Assembly: GCA_965153455.1 (NCBI GenBank)
Contig: OZ234493.1
Coordinates: 21,814,213 to 21,878,212 of the forward strand
Source of the DNA: Sphagnum compactum
Taxonomy: Eukaryota
DNA length: 64,000 nucleotides
Direction: 5' to 3'
The notes under the pieces were generated by a model. The model saw only the letters and a program-made list of their open reading frames with translations. It was not told the DNA's origin and did no database searches. This document shows positions 38,389 through 51,100 of this stretch, piece after piece (position 1 is the stretch's first letter; the number at the start of each line of letters is the position of its first letter). A program made the position numbers and the translations under genes.

Positions 38389-41300
38389 GGCTGGAGTGAA
38401 CCAGCAGCCACCAATGCACCAATTGAAGATGAGGCCGTTCAAGCTGTTTTGCGGATAAACCAAAAACCCATCTTCTTCCCCTGCCCATGGATTTTTCAGC
38501 CCCCTTCTCTGCCCCAAAATCTTCCCCTCCTACCTACCTCCCCCCCTCTGGCATAACCCCCCCCCTCCTACCTCCCTCACCTCATTTCTTGTTCATTCCA
38601 TCTTGAGAGCTCAGTAGAGCTCGCAAGCTTCAGCCCCACGGAGTTTCGTGACACAGGGGTTGAAGAAGGCAGGAGCTCAACATTGCACGAATGTGGAGAG
38701 CTCAACGTTGAAAATGTTGAAGGAACGGGGAGAGGAGAAGGAAAGAGGAGCGCTTCAAAAGCAAAAGAAGAAGGTAAGGTCCCTCCCTAGAGTCTATGTC
38801 CCTTTTTTTTTTTTTTTGCTTTCTACTTGAGAAGAAAAAGACGCCATCGTCTTCTTCTTTCAAGTTTTTGTTGCCATTGCCTTCTTGTCTAGTAGTGTTG
38901 CAATGAAGAAGAAGAAGATGACAGCAATGCGCCATCGTCTTTTTCTGTGGAGGTGGTGTTGAAGAAAAGAAGAAGATGACAGTAACTACCGTCGCCTTCT
39001 TCTTCTTATGTGGCAAATTTTGCAAAGAAGAAGAAGATGGCGATGGCAGCTTGCTACCATTACCTTCTTCTCTAGTAGTGTTGCAATGAAGAAGAAGAAG
39101 ACGACGACAACGCGCCATCGTCTTCTTCTGTGGAGGTGGTGTTGAAGAAAAGAAGAAGGCGACGACAGCTGCCGTCACCTTCTTCTTCTTATGTGGCAAG
39201 TTTTGTAGAGATGAAAAAAAATGCGATGGCAACTACTGTTGCCTTCTTCTTTGGCTGTTGTTGTAGAGAAGAAGATGGCGACAGTAGCTACCGTCACCTT
39301 CTTCTTGGGGGGGTGTTGCAGAGAAGAAGGTGACGATAGTAGTTGTTATCGTCGCCTTCTTTTGGGCCAGTGTTGCAAAGAGAAGAAGGCGACGGCAATA
39401 GTTGCTGTTGTCGTAACTATTACCGCCGCCTTTTTCTGGGTGGGTTTTGTAGAGAGAAGAAGGCGATGGCAACAATTATTGTCGTTGCCATTTTCTAGGT
39501 AGGTGTTGCAAAAAAAAGAAGGCGACGGTAATAGCTTCTGCCCTCGCCTTCTTCTGGGCGGGTGTTACAGAGAGAAGAAGGCAATGGCAGCAGCTGCTAC
39601 CGTTGCCTTCTTTTGGGTGGGTGTTGGAGAGAAGAAGACTATGTTGCCTTCTTTTCTATGTTTGAAAAAATGAAGAAGATAATAGCTTCTATCACCCTTT
39701 TTGATGGCTTTGTTGCAAAAAAAAGCGACAACAATTGTCGTCACTTTTTTGGTGGTTTTGCTGCGAGGAAGGTGATAGCAACAATGTCGTTGCCTTCTTC
39801 TATGGTGGTGGTGTTGTGAAGAAGGCGATGGCAGTAAGTGGACGCTTTTTTTTTTTTTTCTTTGGTATTTTTGGTTTAGTTCATTAGAATTGACAATTAA
39901 CAATGAAATGGTGATTTTTTTAATGTTGAAGGTTGTAATGGCTAAAGGAAGGAGATTGAAGAAAGGTGGTGGTGATTTGAAAGCTCACAAGAAAAATGTT
40001 GTTTCATTAGAACAGATAATTAGGAAGCAAAATGTTCATCCATTACAAACGGGACTTGGGGAGCAAAATGTTGCTCCATCAGAATTGAGACCTGGGGAGC
40101 AAAATGTTGCTTCATTAGAATTGAGAATTGATAAATCAAGCAATGTATGTGGGTTAGAGTCCATAATGGTGATAGTTTGCAATTCAAATGGTGAGATCAC
40201 TTTCAATATAGATTGAAAATTTTGATCGAAAAAATGATGGGTTAGATTGTTTTAGAATTTACGTACATTAGATTAAATGCAGATGAAAGAAATTGTACAA
40301 GTTTTTTTAAGTTTAATTATATCCGCACCTTCCATCAAATGATGGAAGGTGTGGGATTTGTTTTATCAAAAAACATTTATTGCAATACTTGAAAATAATT
40401 AAAGTTTACAGGAGTTGTATTTAATTGTGTGATTTTATGTTTTGCAATACTTGCATTCTATTTTTTGAACTCTTTATGTATAAGGTTTTAAGGTTAAGAT
40501 TTTTTTATCACAAAGTAATGACTTTTTTATTATATTTTTTGGTTTAGGTTCAGAACTTGAAACCGACTAGGCCTCTTAGCCGCTGGCACCTCCTTGTCCA
40601 CCTAATATGGCTCGAAAGGACAAAGAATGGACGAAGGTTGGGTCGAAATGGAAGTTTAAAGTTGGCACTTGCATTGTTGCGTATTGTGCCAAATGGTTGT
40701 TGACCAAACATTTGAAAGAGGTGCATGGCTTAGTGGCAGAAAAGGCTAAACCTAAGAGGCCTTCAACTTCTGAAAGAGGTCTTCGACATCAAGACCATGT
40801 TAAAATGAATGCCCACATCTTGGGATATGCCATGGCCATGCAAAGGCGGAATGATCAAAAGGTTGCTAGTCACACTCGTGCCAAAGCATAGTGCGAATGG
40901 GATAAGCTGGTAATTGTTGCAGAACAATGTCCACCATTCCCAAAACCAGCTTTGGTCAAATTAGCTTCAGAGTAACTATTGCAAGTGTTGGGTCTTAATG
41001 CCTTGGGCATGCGAAGCGTGCCTCGAGATGCATCACAGATGGAAAAGGATGAAGATTTACAATAGATGATTCGATCCACCCATTGTGTATATGCACGACA
41101 ATTGAAGATGGCATGGGATGTCAAAAATTGGGATCGAGAATCCAATAAAACAAATTGGACAAAATAGTTAACAGATGTATTGGATTTCCATGAATGTAGA
41201 ATGATTCATGGAAGGTAAGAAAGAATAAGAATCAATGTTTATTGTTTTTTTATAATTTTGTTTCATCCAAGGTGCATTAGGGTTTAATTTGGTGGTTTTG

Positions 41301-44300
41301 GGTGTTTATAGGGTTCAAGAGACAATAAAAGAAGAGTTTGTTATAAATGTAGTTCAGGTGGAGATGCAACGCCGCCATCTATACACTGTTCGTCATGTAG
41401 CAAAGCTGCAAATGCAACAGTTGCTTACCGAACTAAACATGGGATTGTACATATTGATATGGTTTAGGGTTTCCATTTTATATAGTTAGCTAGGTTTTTT
41501 CAACCCTTTCTACCCAATTTTTGAACTTTGGTCCTTTGAGAGAGAACCTTTTTTTTATTGGGTTCTTTAACATTTTTTGATCCACCATATTTGTACATCT
41601 TTTATCAATATAATATTTTCTTCTAGTCACACTTGTTTGATGGGTATATGATTAATCATATTTTTTTTCTTTTTCATATTCTTTTAGTACTTTAAATGTA
41701 AGAATCAAAACTTAAATAGGCCCATTTGAATAGGTAACATTAATTTGTCTAGGGTTTACAAAGATCAAAATGAACATAATGCAATACCTACATCCTTTCT
41801 ATTATAATTTCCATAAGGCCATTTCAAATATGCAATAGCCGCATATAGGTCTCGTAATAGTTGCTGGATTTTTACATCCATTGCAATACCCACATAAAGG
41901 TTTTGTAATAGTTGCTGGTTTTTTTTTTACATCCATTGCAATACCCGCATGTAGGTCCATAAATAATTTTTGATTTTTAACATCTTTTGTAATATTTGCA
42001 TATAAGTTTCCATTGTAATATTTATGGGACTCATATGACATAATAATCTAATCGAAGTATCAACAAATAATGTCATAATTAAGGAGTTACTAGAATTTTT
42101 TTCAAATAATGTAAATGATTGATTATCATATTTGAACAATCATTTATTTCGTAATATTAATTAACTAATTATTTGGTTGAACCTTAATTATTCAAATAAT
42201 TAAAATTTAGATTGAAAAATTAAATTAATAATTTGATATTTAATTTATTATTTTAATTACATTTTTATGTTGATAAGTTATTCAAATCATTATTTTTGAT
42301 AATTATTCATGATAATTAATTGTCATAAAATTAATTTAGGTGTATAAAGAGACATATTTTGGGTACCCAAACCACTTATTTTAAAGTGACCTTACATGTG
42401 GGTATTGCATTTAAGGTTGATTATTCACCTAAGGTTGTCCAAATCACCTATGGATTATTTCAAAATGAGCTCGCATGCAAGTATTGCATATAAGCTTTGG
42501 TTTTCATTGAAAGCCACCCAAACTACATACTGGTTATTTCGAAATGACCCTACATGTGGGTATTGCATTTAAAGTTGGGTTTACACCTTAGGTTACCTAA
42601 ATCACCTAAAGGTTATATTGAACGAACTTGAATATGGGTATTGCATTTAAGGAAACAATTATTTATTACCATTTGGTACTATTTCCAAGTTAAGTTCTTT
42701 CACTTTCTTTAAAATAAAATAAAATGACATTTCATTGTTTTAATATGTTTAAGCCCTAAAAATTCCACCCAAAATGCACCCTAGATTTATTTTAACTATT
42801 TTAAACTTGGAAAAATAATGTTAATTGATTTATATGTCCTAAACTCTAAACCTAAACCATAATTCTAACATTAAATAGTATATTTCACATTAAACCCTAA
42901 CCCCCTATATCATCAATGTGTTCATTTTTATATATGTTAAATCATATTATAAGGTGAATAAATAATTTTGAAAACATGAATTTCATGATGTATTGGCGGG
43001 GAATCAAATATTTAAAAAATAGGATTATGTTTCATAGTTAATGAATTATCACAATATGATATGGGTATTACAATAAATAAAAGTGGGTTAAGAAATATTG
43101 AACTTTAACAACTATGGAACATATGGAAACAATGGAGATTCATAATTATGTTACATATTTAAACAAATGATAAAATGAAAAACCAATACAATGAACAAAG
43201 TCTAGAATATAAACCTTAAGCCTTGATATATATGAACCAAATTCCTAAACATTAAATTATAAAACATAACCCTAAATATCCAAATGATATTTTTCCATAA
43301 GCCCTGTTACAACCCTAACTATATGAACCCTAACAAAAAAAAATCCTAGTGATGTACACCCTAAACCCAAAAAATTATACAAAGTATATACATTATATAA
43401 TGCAAAACAAATAAATTTAAAAAAACATAGGAAAAATTTTAGAAACCAATTTTTAAATTTTTTAAACTACAAAGATTTACTCACCGGAAAAAAACCTTAA
43501 TCTTAAAAAATAATCAAATAAATTTTGTAAAAAACCAAAAGAAAAGACATGTTTCTTACCTTTGTGTGATTTCTCCAAATTATTTTTTTCCACTTTCTTT
43601 GAAAAAGATATAGAATGAAATTGTATTACTTCACATATAAACCTTAAAATTCCCCCCCCCAAATTTAGCCTAGTTTAAGTTAATTACTATAGATTTGTGA
43701 AAAACTTGTTAACTAATTTATGTGTCCCAACCTTAAACCTAAACCATAATCCAATAGTACATATTTATAATAATTACATGAAAAGATGTATTATAATGTC
43801 CATTCCATAAATAAATTCAGTAAATAAAATTTAATAAAATATGCATTAACTAAACTAAAATGGCTACAATTATGACATTATTTCCATTATAAATTATTTG
43901 TAATAACTACATATGGGGACCTATGTTCATCATCCATGAATTAGGGCAAACCTTAATAAATTGATAGGTAGGATTGGAGGGCTAGGGGTGGGAAAAGTGA
44001 GTAGGTAATTAGTTAGGTATTTAGCTATGTAAAAAACATAGATAGGTAGTTGAACATAATGGTAGGTGAACATAATGATAGGTAAGAAGGTGGGTGCATA
44101 GGTAGGTAAGTAGGTAGATAGGTCGGTAGTTGGGTTAGTAGGCAAGTTAATAAGTAAAAAGAAAGTTAAAGGAGCAAAGTAAATAGGTCGTTAGAGTAGG
44201 TAAACATGAAAGTACGCATGTTAATAGGTAGGAAGAAAGTTACACTAACAAGATAACTAGGTAGGTAAGCAAGTTAGTATGTAGAAAACAAATTACCTTA

Positions 44301-44787
44301 TCAAGATGATAGGTTTGTAAAGTATTTATGTCAATAGGGTGATTGTGTATATAAGGTTGGTAAATAGTAATGTAATTAGGTTAGTAAGGTAGGTAGTTAG
44401 TACAATGGTTAGGTCAATAACGAAGTCAAGTTAATAAGGTATGTAGTTAACAGGGTAACTAGGTTAGTAGGGTAGGTAGTTAGTATAGTAGTTAAGTCAG
44501 CAGGATAACTAGTTATTAAAGTAGCTATGTCAGTAAGGGAGAATTAGTAAGGTACCAAGGTTGGTACAGTAGTTATGAGGGTAAGAAGGTGAGTAGAGTA
44601 ACTATGTGTGAGGTCAGGTCCGGGGAAAAAACAGCCAAGAACAAACCCCAAAAAAAAAGTACAGTGATCAGCAGTGAAAAAAAATGGACTGTGATGAACC
44701 CCATCTGACGTCAAATGAAAATACGCAGCCCATCCAGTGGACAGAACGGCCAACTGGTGCATTGGTGGCTGCTGGCTGACTCTGGCC
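38389..44787. mobile_element. Non-autonomous MULE (family A related), 6,399 bp, no transposase
   Basis: TIRs at 38389-38425 and 44751-44787; TSD cttctatag (38380-38388) / cttctgtag (44788-44796); hairpin array 38840-39840; retains the C2H2 gene. Confidence 0.92.
39938..41467 (+). pseudogene. C2H2 zinc-finger accessory gene, third copy, decayed
   Basis: MAKGRRLKKGGG start; exon ~40548-41214 with the finger (first Cys now Phe); last exon from ~41312; several stops. Confidence 0.78.
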
Positions 44788-47700
44788 CTTCTGTAGGCAG
44801 TTATGATGAATGTTGTGTAACGGACAATGAGGTAAGTGTGAGGTAAAGGTTGGGAAACACAACCTTACCAGTACCCTCTGCAGGTTGCTGACCCTACCAA
44901 CCTCCCACAATTTGGCAAACGCTCACTCACCAGGCAGCTTCTGTAGGTAGTTATGATGAATGTTGGGGAACACACAATGAGGTAAGTGTAAGGTAAAGGT
45001 TGGGAAACGCACTCTTACCAGGCAGCCTTTGCAGGTTGCTTACCCTACCAACCTCCCGCAATTTGGCAAACGTTAACTTACCATGTAGCTTCTGTAGGCA
45101 ATTATGATGAACGTTGTGGAACGGACAATGAGTTAAGTGTAAGGTAAATGTTGGGAAACACACTCTTACCAGGCCGTTTCTGCAAGCTTGCTTACCCTAC
45201 CAACCTCCCACAATTTGGCAAACGTTCACTTACTAAGCAGCTTCTGTAGGCAATTATGATGAACATTGTGGAACAAACAATGAGATAAGTGTAAGGTAAA
45301 GGTTGGGAAACACACTCTTACCAGGCGGCCTCCCACAATTTCAGCCCCATCGGTATGTTTCTCCTTAGCATGAATTAGGTGGGAATCTTAGGACAAAAAT
45401 CAATGCAAACTTTGAGGGAGTACTTCCTTCCAAATCCCAATTTTGGAGCATCCTTTTTCCCCAATACAAAAGTTAAATTCAGCACCATTCCCAACTTGTC
45501 TTTTCTTGGGAATTTGTTGGCTCTGCTGAGGAGGTGGGATCACTTGCATATAGAAACTTGGAGTAGCTACCCTAGTAATAGGGGCTGGGAATCCAAAATG
45601 GAGGAAATGTAACTTTAGATGCAAAGAATCTGGAAATAGCTTTACTTCATTACACTACTGCGGGTGACATTTGATTATATCTTAAGCATGCATGCAAAAC
45701 AAACTTCTAGTGCTGCAGCAACTATGGAAAATTAATAATCAAAGAAAACCAATAACTTGTGACATGCAATCTTTTTGACGCCTTGAAGTATTGTCATCAA
45801 TGTAGGATGAACAGCCAACAACTAAGCAACATCGGTCCAGAGTTGACAATTTTCAAAATATGTTGGAATTATCTTTGAGAATAATAGTTGTGGTGAAAAC
45901 TATTAGAAAGAATAGCCTAATAGTCTGCAGTAGAAAAATAGTTATAATACGAGCAAGCCTTGGTTAAATTTCTTAAACAGAAAAACGTCAGAGATAAGAA
46001 GAGGTGTGCTAATAAACTGTTAGGACAATTGAAATGTGGAACATTACAAGTGTTATAGGGTGCTCTTTACGAATGAAGAAATAATTAGTGTTGGCCGGTC
46101 CTAGTAACTGGGTACCTGGATCACAGGTTTTTAATTTTGAAAAAAAAATTCAGAACTGGAAATTAGAAATGGGAACCTGTCACCAACCAGAACCAAAACT
46201 GGCAACCGGCCCCCAATTAAAACCAGACTCAGAACCAGAACTGACCCCAAAACTCATTGCATGGAATTTTCGGTTCTTCATTTTTTCCAAAATTGAAAAT
46301 CAAAAATTCAAGTTTGAAAGGTTTTTTTTTCCTCTTCCTGACTGGGGTTAGACATGTTATTAGTTTTGAAAAAAAATTGGGGTTTGGAATAATGACATCA
46401 CCAATTTTTGAATAATAATTTGGGTTGGGGTGGGGGTGGCATTAGGCATGTTGATTTTACTTCTGGAAATGTCTCAAATATGCAATTTTCAGAAACTTTT
46501 AATTTTAATTTTAATTTTTTTTGAGTTTAGGCATGTAGTTAATGTATGTGGTCACATTTCATTGGTGTTACAGTGCTAGTACATAAAAGAAATTCATTTT
46601 TGGACTCTGTGTAGTCAGGTAAAACTAGATTCAATTTAAAACCGGACTCACTTAAGAATTTATTTATAAAAGAATTGGGAATTGGAGGTCTTGAAATGCG
46701 CAGAATGGGGTCTGGAACTGGACCAGAGGTTCTATAATATATTCTTGAAAATCCTTGAACCAGAACCCAGGGTTTTTTTGAACTTGGAACCGGGACCAGA
46801 CGTTCTCTTGAAAACTAAGAACCAGCCAAAACACAAAATAACCAATCAGGGATGTTACATCTGCAAATAATCCTTGTAGGAGTTGAGGACACCGCACAGA
46901 AAATTCATGAAATTGTGGCAAATTACACCCATAATTGAAAAACCATGTAAAAATTTCGACCGGTTTTACTTTTCCGGCTCCATAGCATCCTATTCACACG
47001 CTGGGGTTTTTCCTCCGCTCAAGGGTCGGGTATTTAGTACGTATTAAGATTTAATGAATAAATACAAAAGCCTCACGTAAAGGCCCGCTTTTACAAATAC
47101 AAAGTTTCCGAACCTTCCTGGCCGCTTTCCTTGTACCCTGTCAGTCTCCAATTCCTCGCTTCTTCGACGACAGTGCAGTCTGCATCTTAGTGCACTTGTA
47201 GCCGCGTAATCAAGCTATTTCACAGAAATGCTCCCTACATGCAGTTCCTTATACCTCCAAAACACTCTCATCTTCCGGCTCATATTCACACTCGGCTGCT
47301 CCATCTCGTGGGTCCGAAGCTTCTTTGCAAATCAGGTTTCCGCAGAATAGGTTCTTGTTTGCTTGTTGTCACAGTCGAATTGTGTCCGGGATAGAATCTA
47401 GTCTACATGATTTTTCTTCCTTTCTTTCCATTTACATTTTTCGTGTCTTGTTTTTTTAGAAAGAGTGATGACATCCTCCACGAACTAGTTTCGTGAAGGT
47501 GAGATGAGATTAGCCACCCGTTCTATTCAGATCACAACACCCATTACTGCTGGATACACAACCTGAGTTTCCTCAAACCCGTCCTCCTCATGGTCCTCCT
47601 TTCAGTTTTCCTGCTAAGTCCAATAAAATCTTTTGAACGCACTGCACAGGGGTTCTGGCGTGCTCTAAAGCATACAGCTTCGCACTTGTCCATCTCATGC

Positions 47701-48141
47701 ATTCCCTGACTGACGCGAGCAAACACCCACTTTTCCTCTCGCATGAAGGGGCTTACCTCGATCATCACCGAGTGCGCGCCCTCGATCCTCTCTGTCTGCT
47801 TGCTGTCTTTCTCTCTCATTGCTGTCGGTCGCCGGAGATTCATCGACGGTTGCCAGTCTCGAAGGAAGAAATAGCGGGAGGCCAGAGATCACTGAACTCG
47901 CCGCCTGTTCAAAGGAACCTGGAAACTTAACAAGTGTAGCGTTGCAATCAAGTCCTTTTCCAAGGCAGCTTGCAGAGTGAGGCCGAGCACTCACGTATAT
48001 CCAACCCAACGGAAGTGTTCGCCCTATCACGCTGCCGTCTTCTCTGCGGAGAAGTTAATATACCTTACAATTACGAACTTTCTTGCCGTGCTTCCAGTGC
48101 TCAACGAAGAACAAAATGAGGTCAGCCTCATTCTAGTACAA

Positions 48142-51100
48142 ATGGAGCCGAGAAATACAGAGACAGATGGGTCATCGGGGCGTCCTGTAATGAGCGACGA
48201 ACCGAATGAAAGCAGTGTAAAATCTGTGCTGACGGAGGTGACGAGAAGTAACAAAAGAGTGTTCCATGGTTCTATAATCGGCGACGAAAAGAATGATGCT
48301 ACTCTCAAATCTGAAGTATCCTTCAACACGACGGATGGGTCATCGGGGCGTCCTGTAATGAGCGACGAACCGAATGAAAGCAGTGCAAAATCTGTGCTGA
48401 CGGAGGTGACGAGAAGTAACAAAAGAGTGTTCCGTGGTTCTATAATCGGCGACGAAAAGAATGATGCTACTCTAAAATCTGAAGTATCCTTCAACACGAC
48501 GGATGGGTCATCGGGGCGTCCTGTAATGAGCGACAAACTGAATGAAAGCAGTGCAAAATCTGTGCTGACTGGGGTGACGAGAAGTAGAAGAAGAGCGTTG
48601 CGTGCTTCTAAATTATTCTACACCACGACAGATGGAAACCCGTCTGGATTGCGTGAGACCTCGTTTCCCCCGCTTCCTGCTAGCCTGGACTGGAAGGACA
48701 CGGAATGGACGAACAGGTTCGTGCACCTGTATCCTACCCTAGTGTTCTAAGCAATCCCCGTCCTACTCTGTTGAATCTATTCAAGCATAGACCGCTTCCG
48801 CATCGTCTTGTCGAAGTCTACTGGAGCCCGACAATGGCTATGACTTCTCTAAACATACATATCCTTGAGTGCTTAATTAAAAAAAATTCAAACTTTCTTT
48901 TTTGCGGTGGTGAGGTTAGGTTTCACCCAGCTAACCTTGATCGTCAGTTCTTCAGACTTACAGAAGACCCCCTTGCACTCATGAACCTAGGACCCATCAT
49001 TCTGCTGCACCTGAGGAGTTTTTCATGCCACATATCTGTTTCATGTATATAACTTCACTAGTGGCGTGTTCCAAACATGAAGATGCACACCAGAAATGCG
49101 AACTGGAATTTGAGTGAACCAGCAGTTATGTGTGTTATGTCTCTCATGGCTCTTGTGATTTCATGTGGAATTATACAGAGAGCCAGGTTGTTACACATTC
49201 ATGGAGGTGATGGAGATGACTGATAATTTTGGGAAGAGAATTGAAGAATATCGCATTGAGACAACGTACCATGGAAAGTTGCGCACCGGACAAGAAGTGG
49301 CGGTGAAAATTTGGCCAGCAAGATTACTTTCACCTGCAAAAGTGTTTCACGAGTTTGAAAAGGTTAGGAGCCCTATTTCTTGATCAACCAACCGTGTCTG
49401 ATAACTTGATAGATCCACTTCTCAATAGAATGAATTTTATTTGATCATTAAATTGCCTTGTAAAACGATTGAGCCTCAACTATGCCCTTAAGTGATCTAA
49501 GTACTTAAAAATGGTAGGACATGTTTAACACGAGCATTGAATGCATTTAAGACTGCATTCAAGGAGCCATTCAACACCCGTACTGAAGTATATTACAAAA
49601 TATTTTGCAAGCTATGAAATTGTTAATATTGGAGGAAGCTCATACCCTAGTTCCTTTTTTGCTCTTTTGCAAAAATTCATAGCCAAATGTGTGTTTGAAA
49701 TCACAGGGGCTGTGATCTGGGTGTAAAATGTGGTTTTAGGTTTGTCGAAAGTATGAAAAGTGTTGTGAACACATCGTCAAAGTGATTGGTTATTGTGAAG
49801 AAGGAGATCAACAAATTTCAATCTATGAATACATGCCTCATGGAACTTTGCGACAACATCTTCATGGTGAGTTGTTGCTTCATATTGTGCAATCCGAGAG
49901 TAAATGAATCTTTGTTGTTTTCCTAGTGAGCAGATGCTACAATTAAATTTCATTGTCTACTAGGGAATGCTTCCTTTTGTGTGTTGGAGGATATGTCACC
50001 AATGAGGTCATTGCATATGATTAGGAAATCATCATCTTATTTGTAGGTTCTTTATGCAGAGTTTGCTATAGTTGGATTTCAAAGAGTATGTTAGATTGAA
50101 ATAGAGTATGTCCAGTTGGACCCTGTATTAAGTTTACAAAATGAATTAGTTTTTTGTACTTGATTTGTTTTATAATTTTGGTTTTAAAGAGCCTTATCAT
50201 CTAGGTCTATACATCATATCTGTGTCATTCTTAAAAGGCCTCTACATTTTGATAGTGGGTGCAACTCAAGTGTGAATGTAATGCATGCAACCTAGTCTCT
50301 TTGTTGAGATTGATTATTTTTTGTGGTCAATGGTTAACAATTGTTGTTTTAGCTGTTTGTCAATTGACATTAGGTGATTAACTCCCTAGTTTCACACCCA
50401 CCTAGATGTGTATGATAAGCCTTCTTGATTCTTAAACTAAAATATTGGTTATTTCTCCCCATTGTAACAATAAATTTTTGGGGGCTAGTGTTCCTTGTTA
50501 GTTTATGCATACGTTCATCATTGGTTTGTAACTTATTTAAATGACTTCATAATTTCACTCCATTACTTTTACAGATAAAGGTGTTTTGGACTTGGAAACT
50601 CATGCATTGGACGGAAAAACACGACTCCAAATTGCCCTACACATAGCTCAAGGTAACTTAAATTTTTAAAATAATGTGTCTTATAGTTTCTTCATTGATT
50701 GACAATTTCAACTAGAGTGGGGTGATTAATTTCTGAAAGTAATATGCATGAACCTATTCTCTGACCCCAATTAGGATTCATTCCATCTAATTGTTTTTTT
50801 CAAGTTGGTCTTTCAAAGTTAAGGTTTCATTTTGGATGAGTTCTACAAGCATATGCCAAATCCAAGAATTGTAGAAAACTATCATGTACGAGTGTAATTA
50901 TCAATATCTTCATTGCATTGAACACCTCATTCACATGTAATGCTTGCTTATTTTTGTAAAGAAAGGTCTATAAGGGTAGAACCCCTTATATTTTCTACAT
51001 ATTGAAGTTTTAGTTGTGCTTTGATGAGTTGAAACCCTATGCTTGGTTGTTGAATACTTGAATTTTCATATTATTACTTATGTACATGATTTATGTGGAA

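Larger units (their letters stand above)
38200..45340 (+). repeat. ~150-bp tandem repeat x5, split by a MULE
   Basis: cttct(a/g)tag at 38229, 38380/44788, 44938, 45089 and 45241. Confidence 0.88.
37909..47243. repeat. Segmental duplication block, copy B (interrupted by MULE 38389-44787), upstream of the kinase gene
   Basis: Collinear with 843-2197 + 14977-16698. Confidence 0.88.

Noticed and set aside
38648-39903. ORFs in the second hairpin array
   Set aside because: Same repeat artefact
48027-48536. Antisense 169-aa ORF
   Set aside because: Shadow of the 168-bp coding repeat
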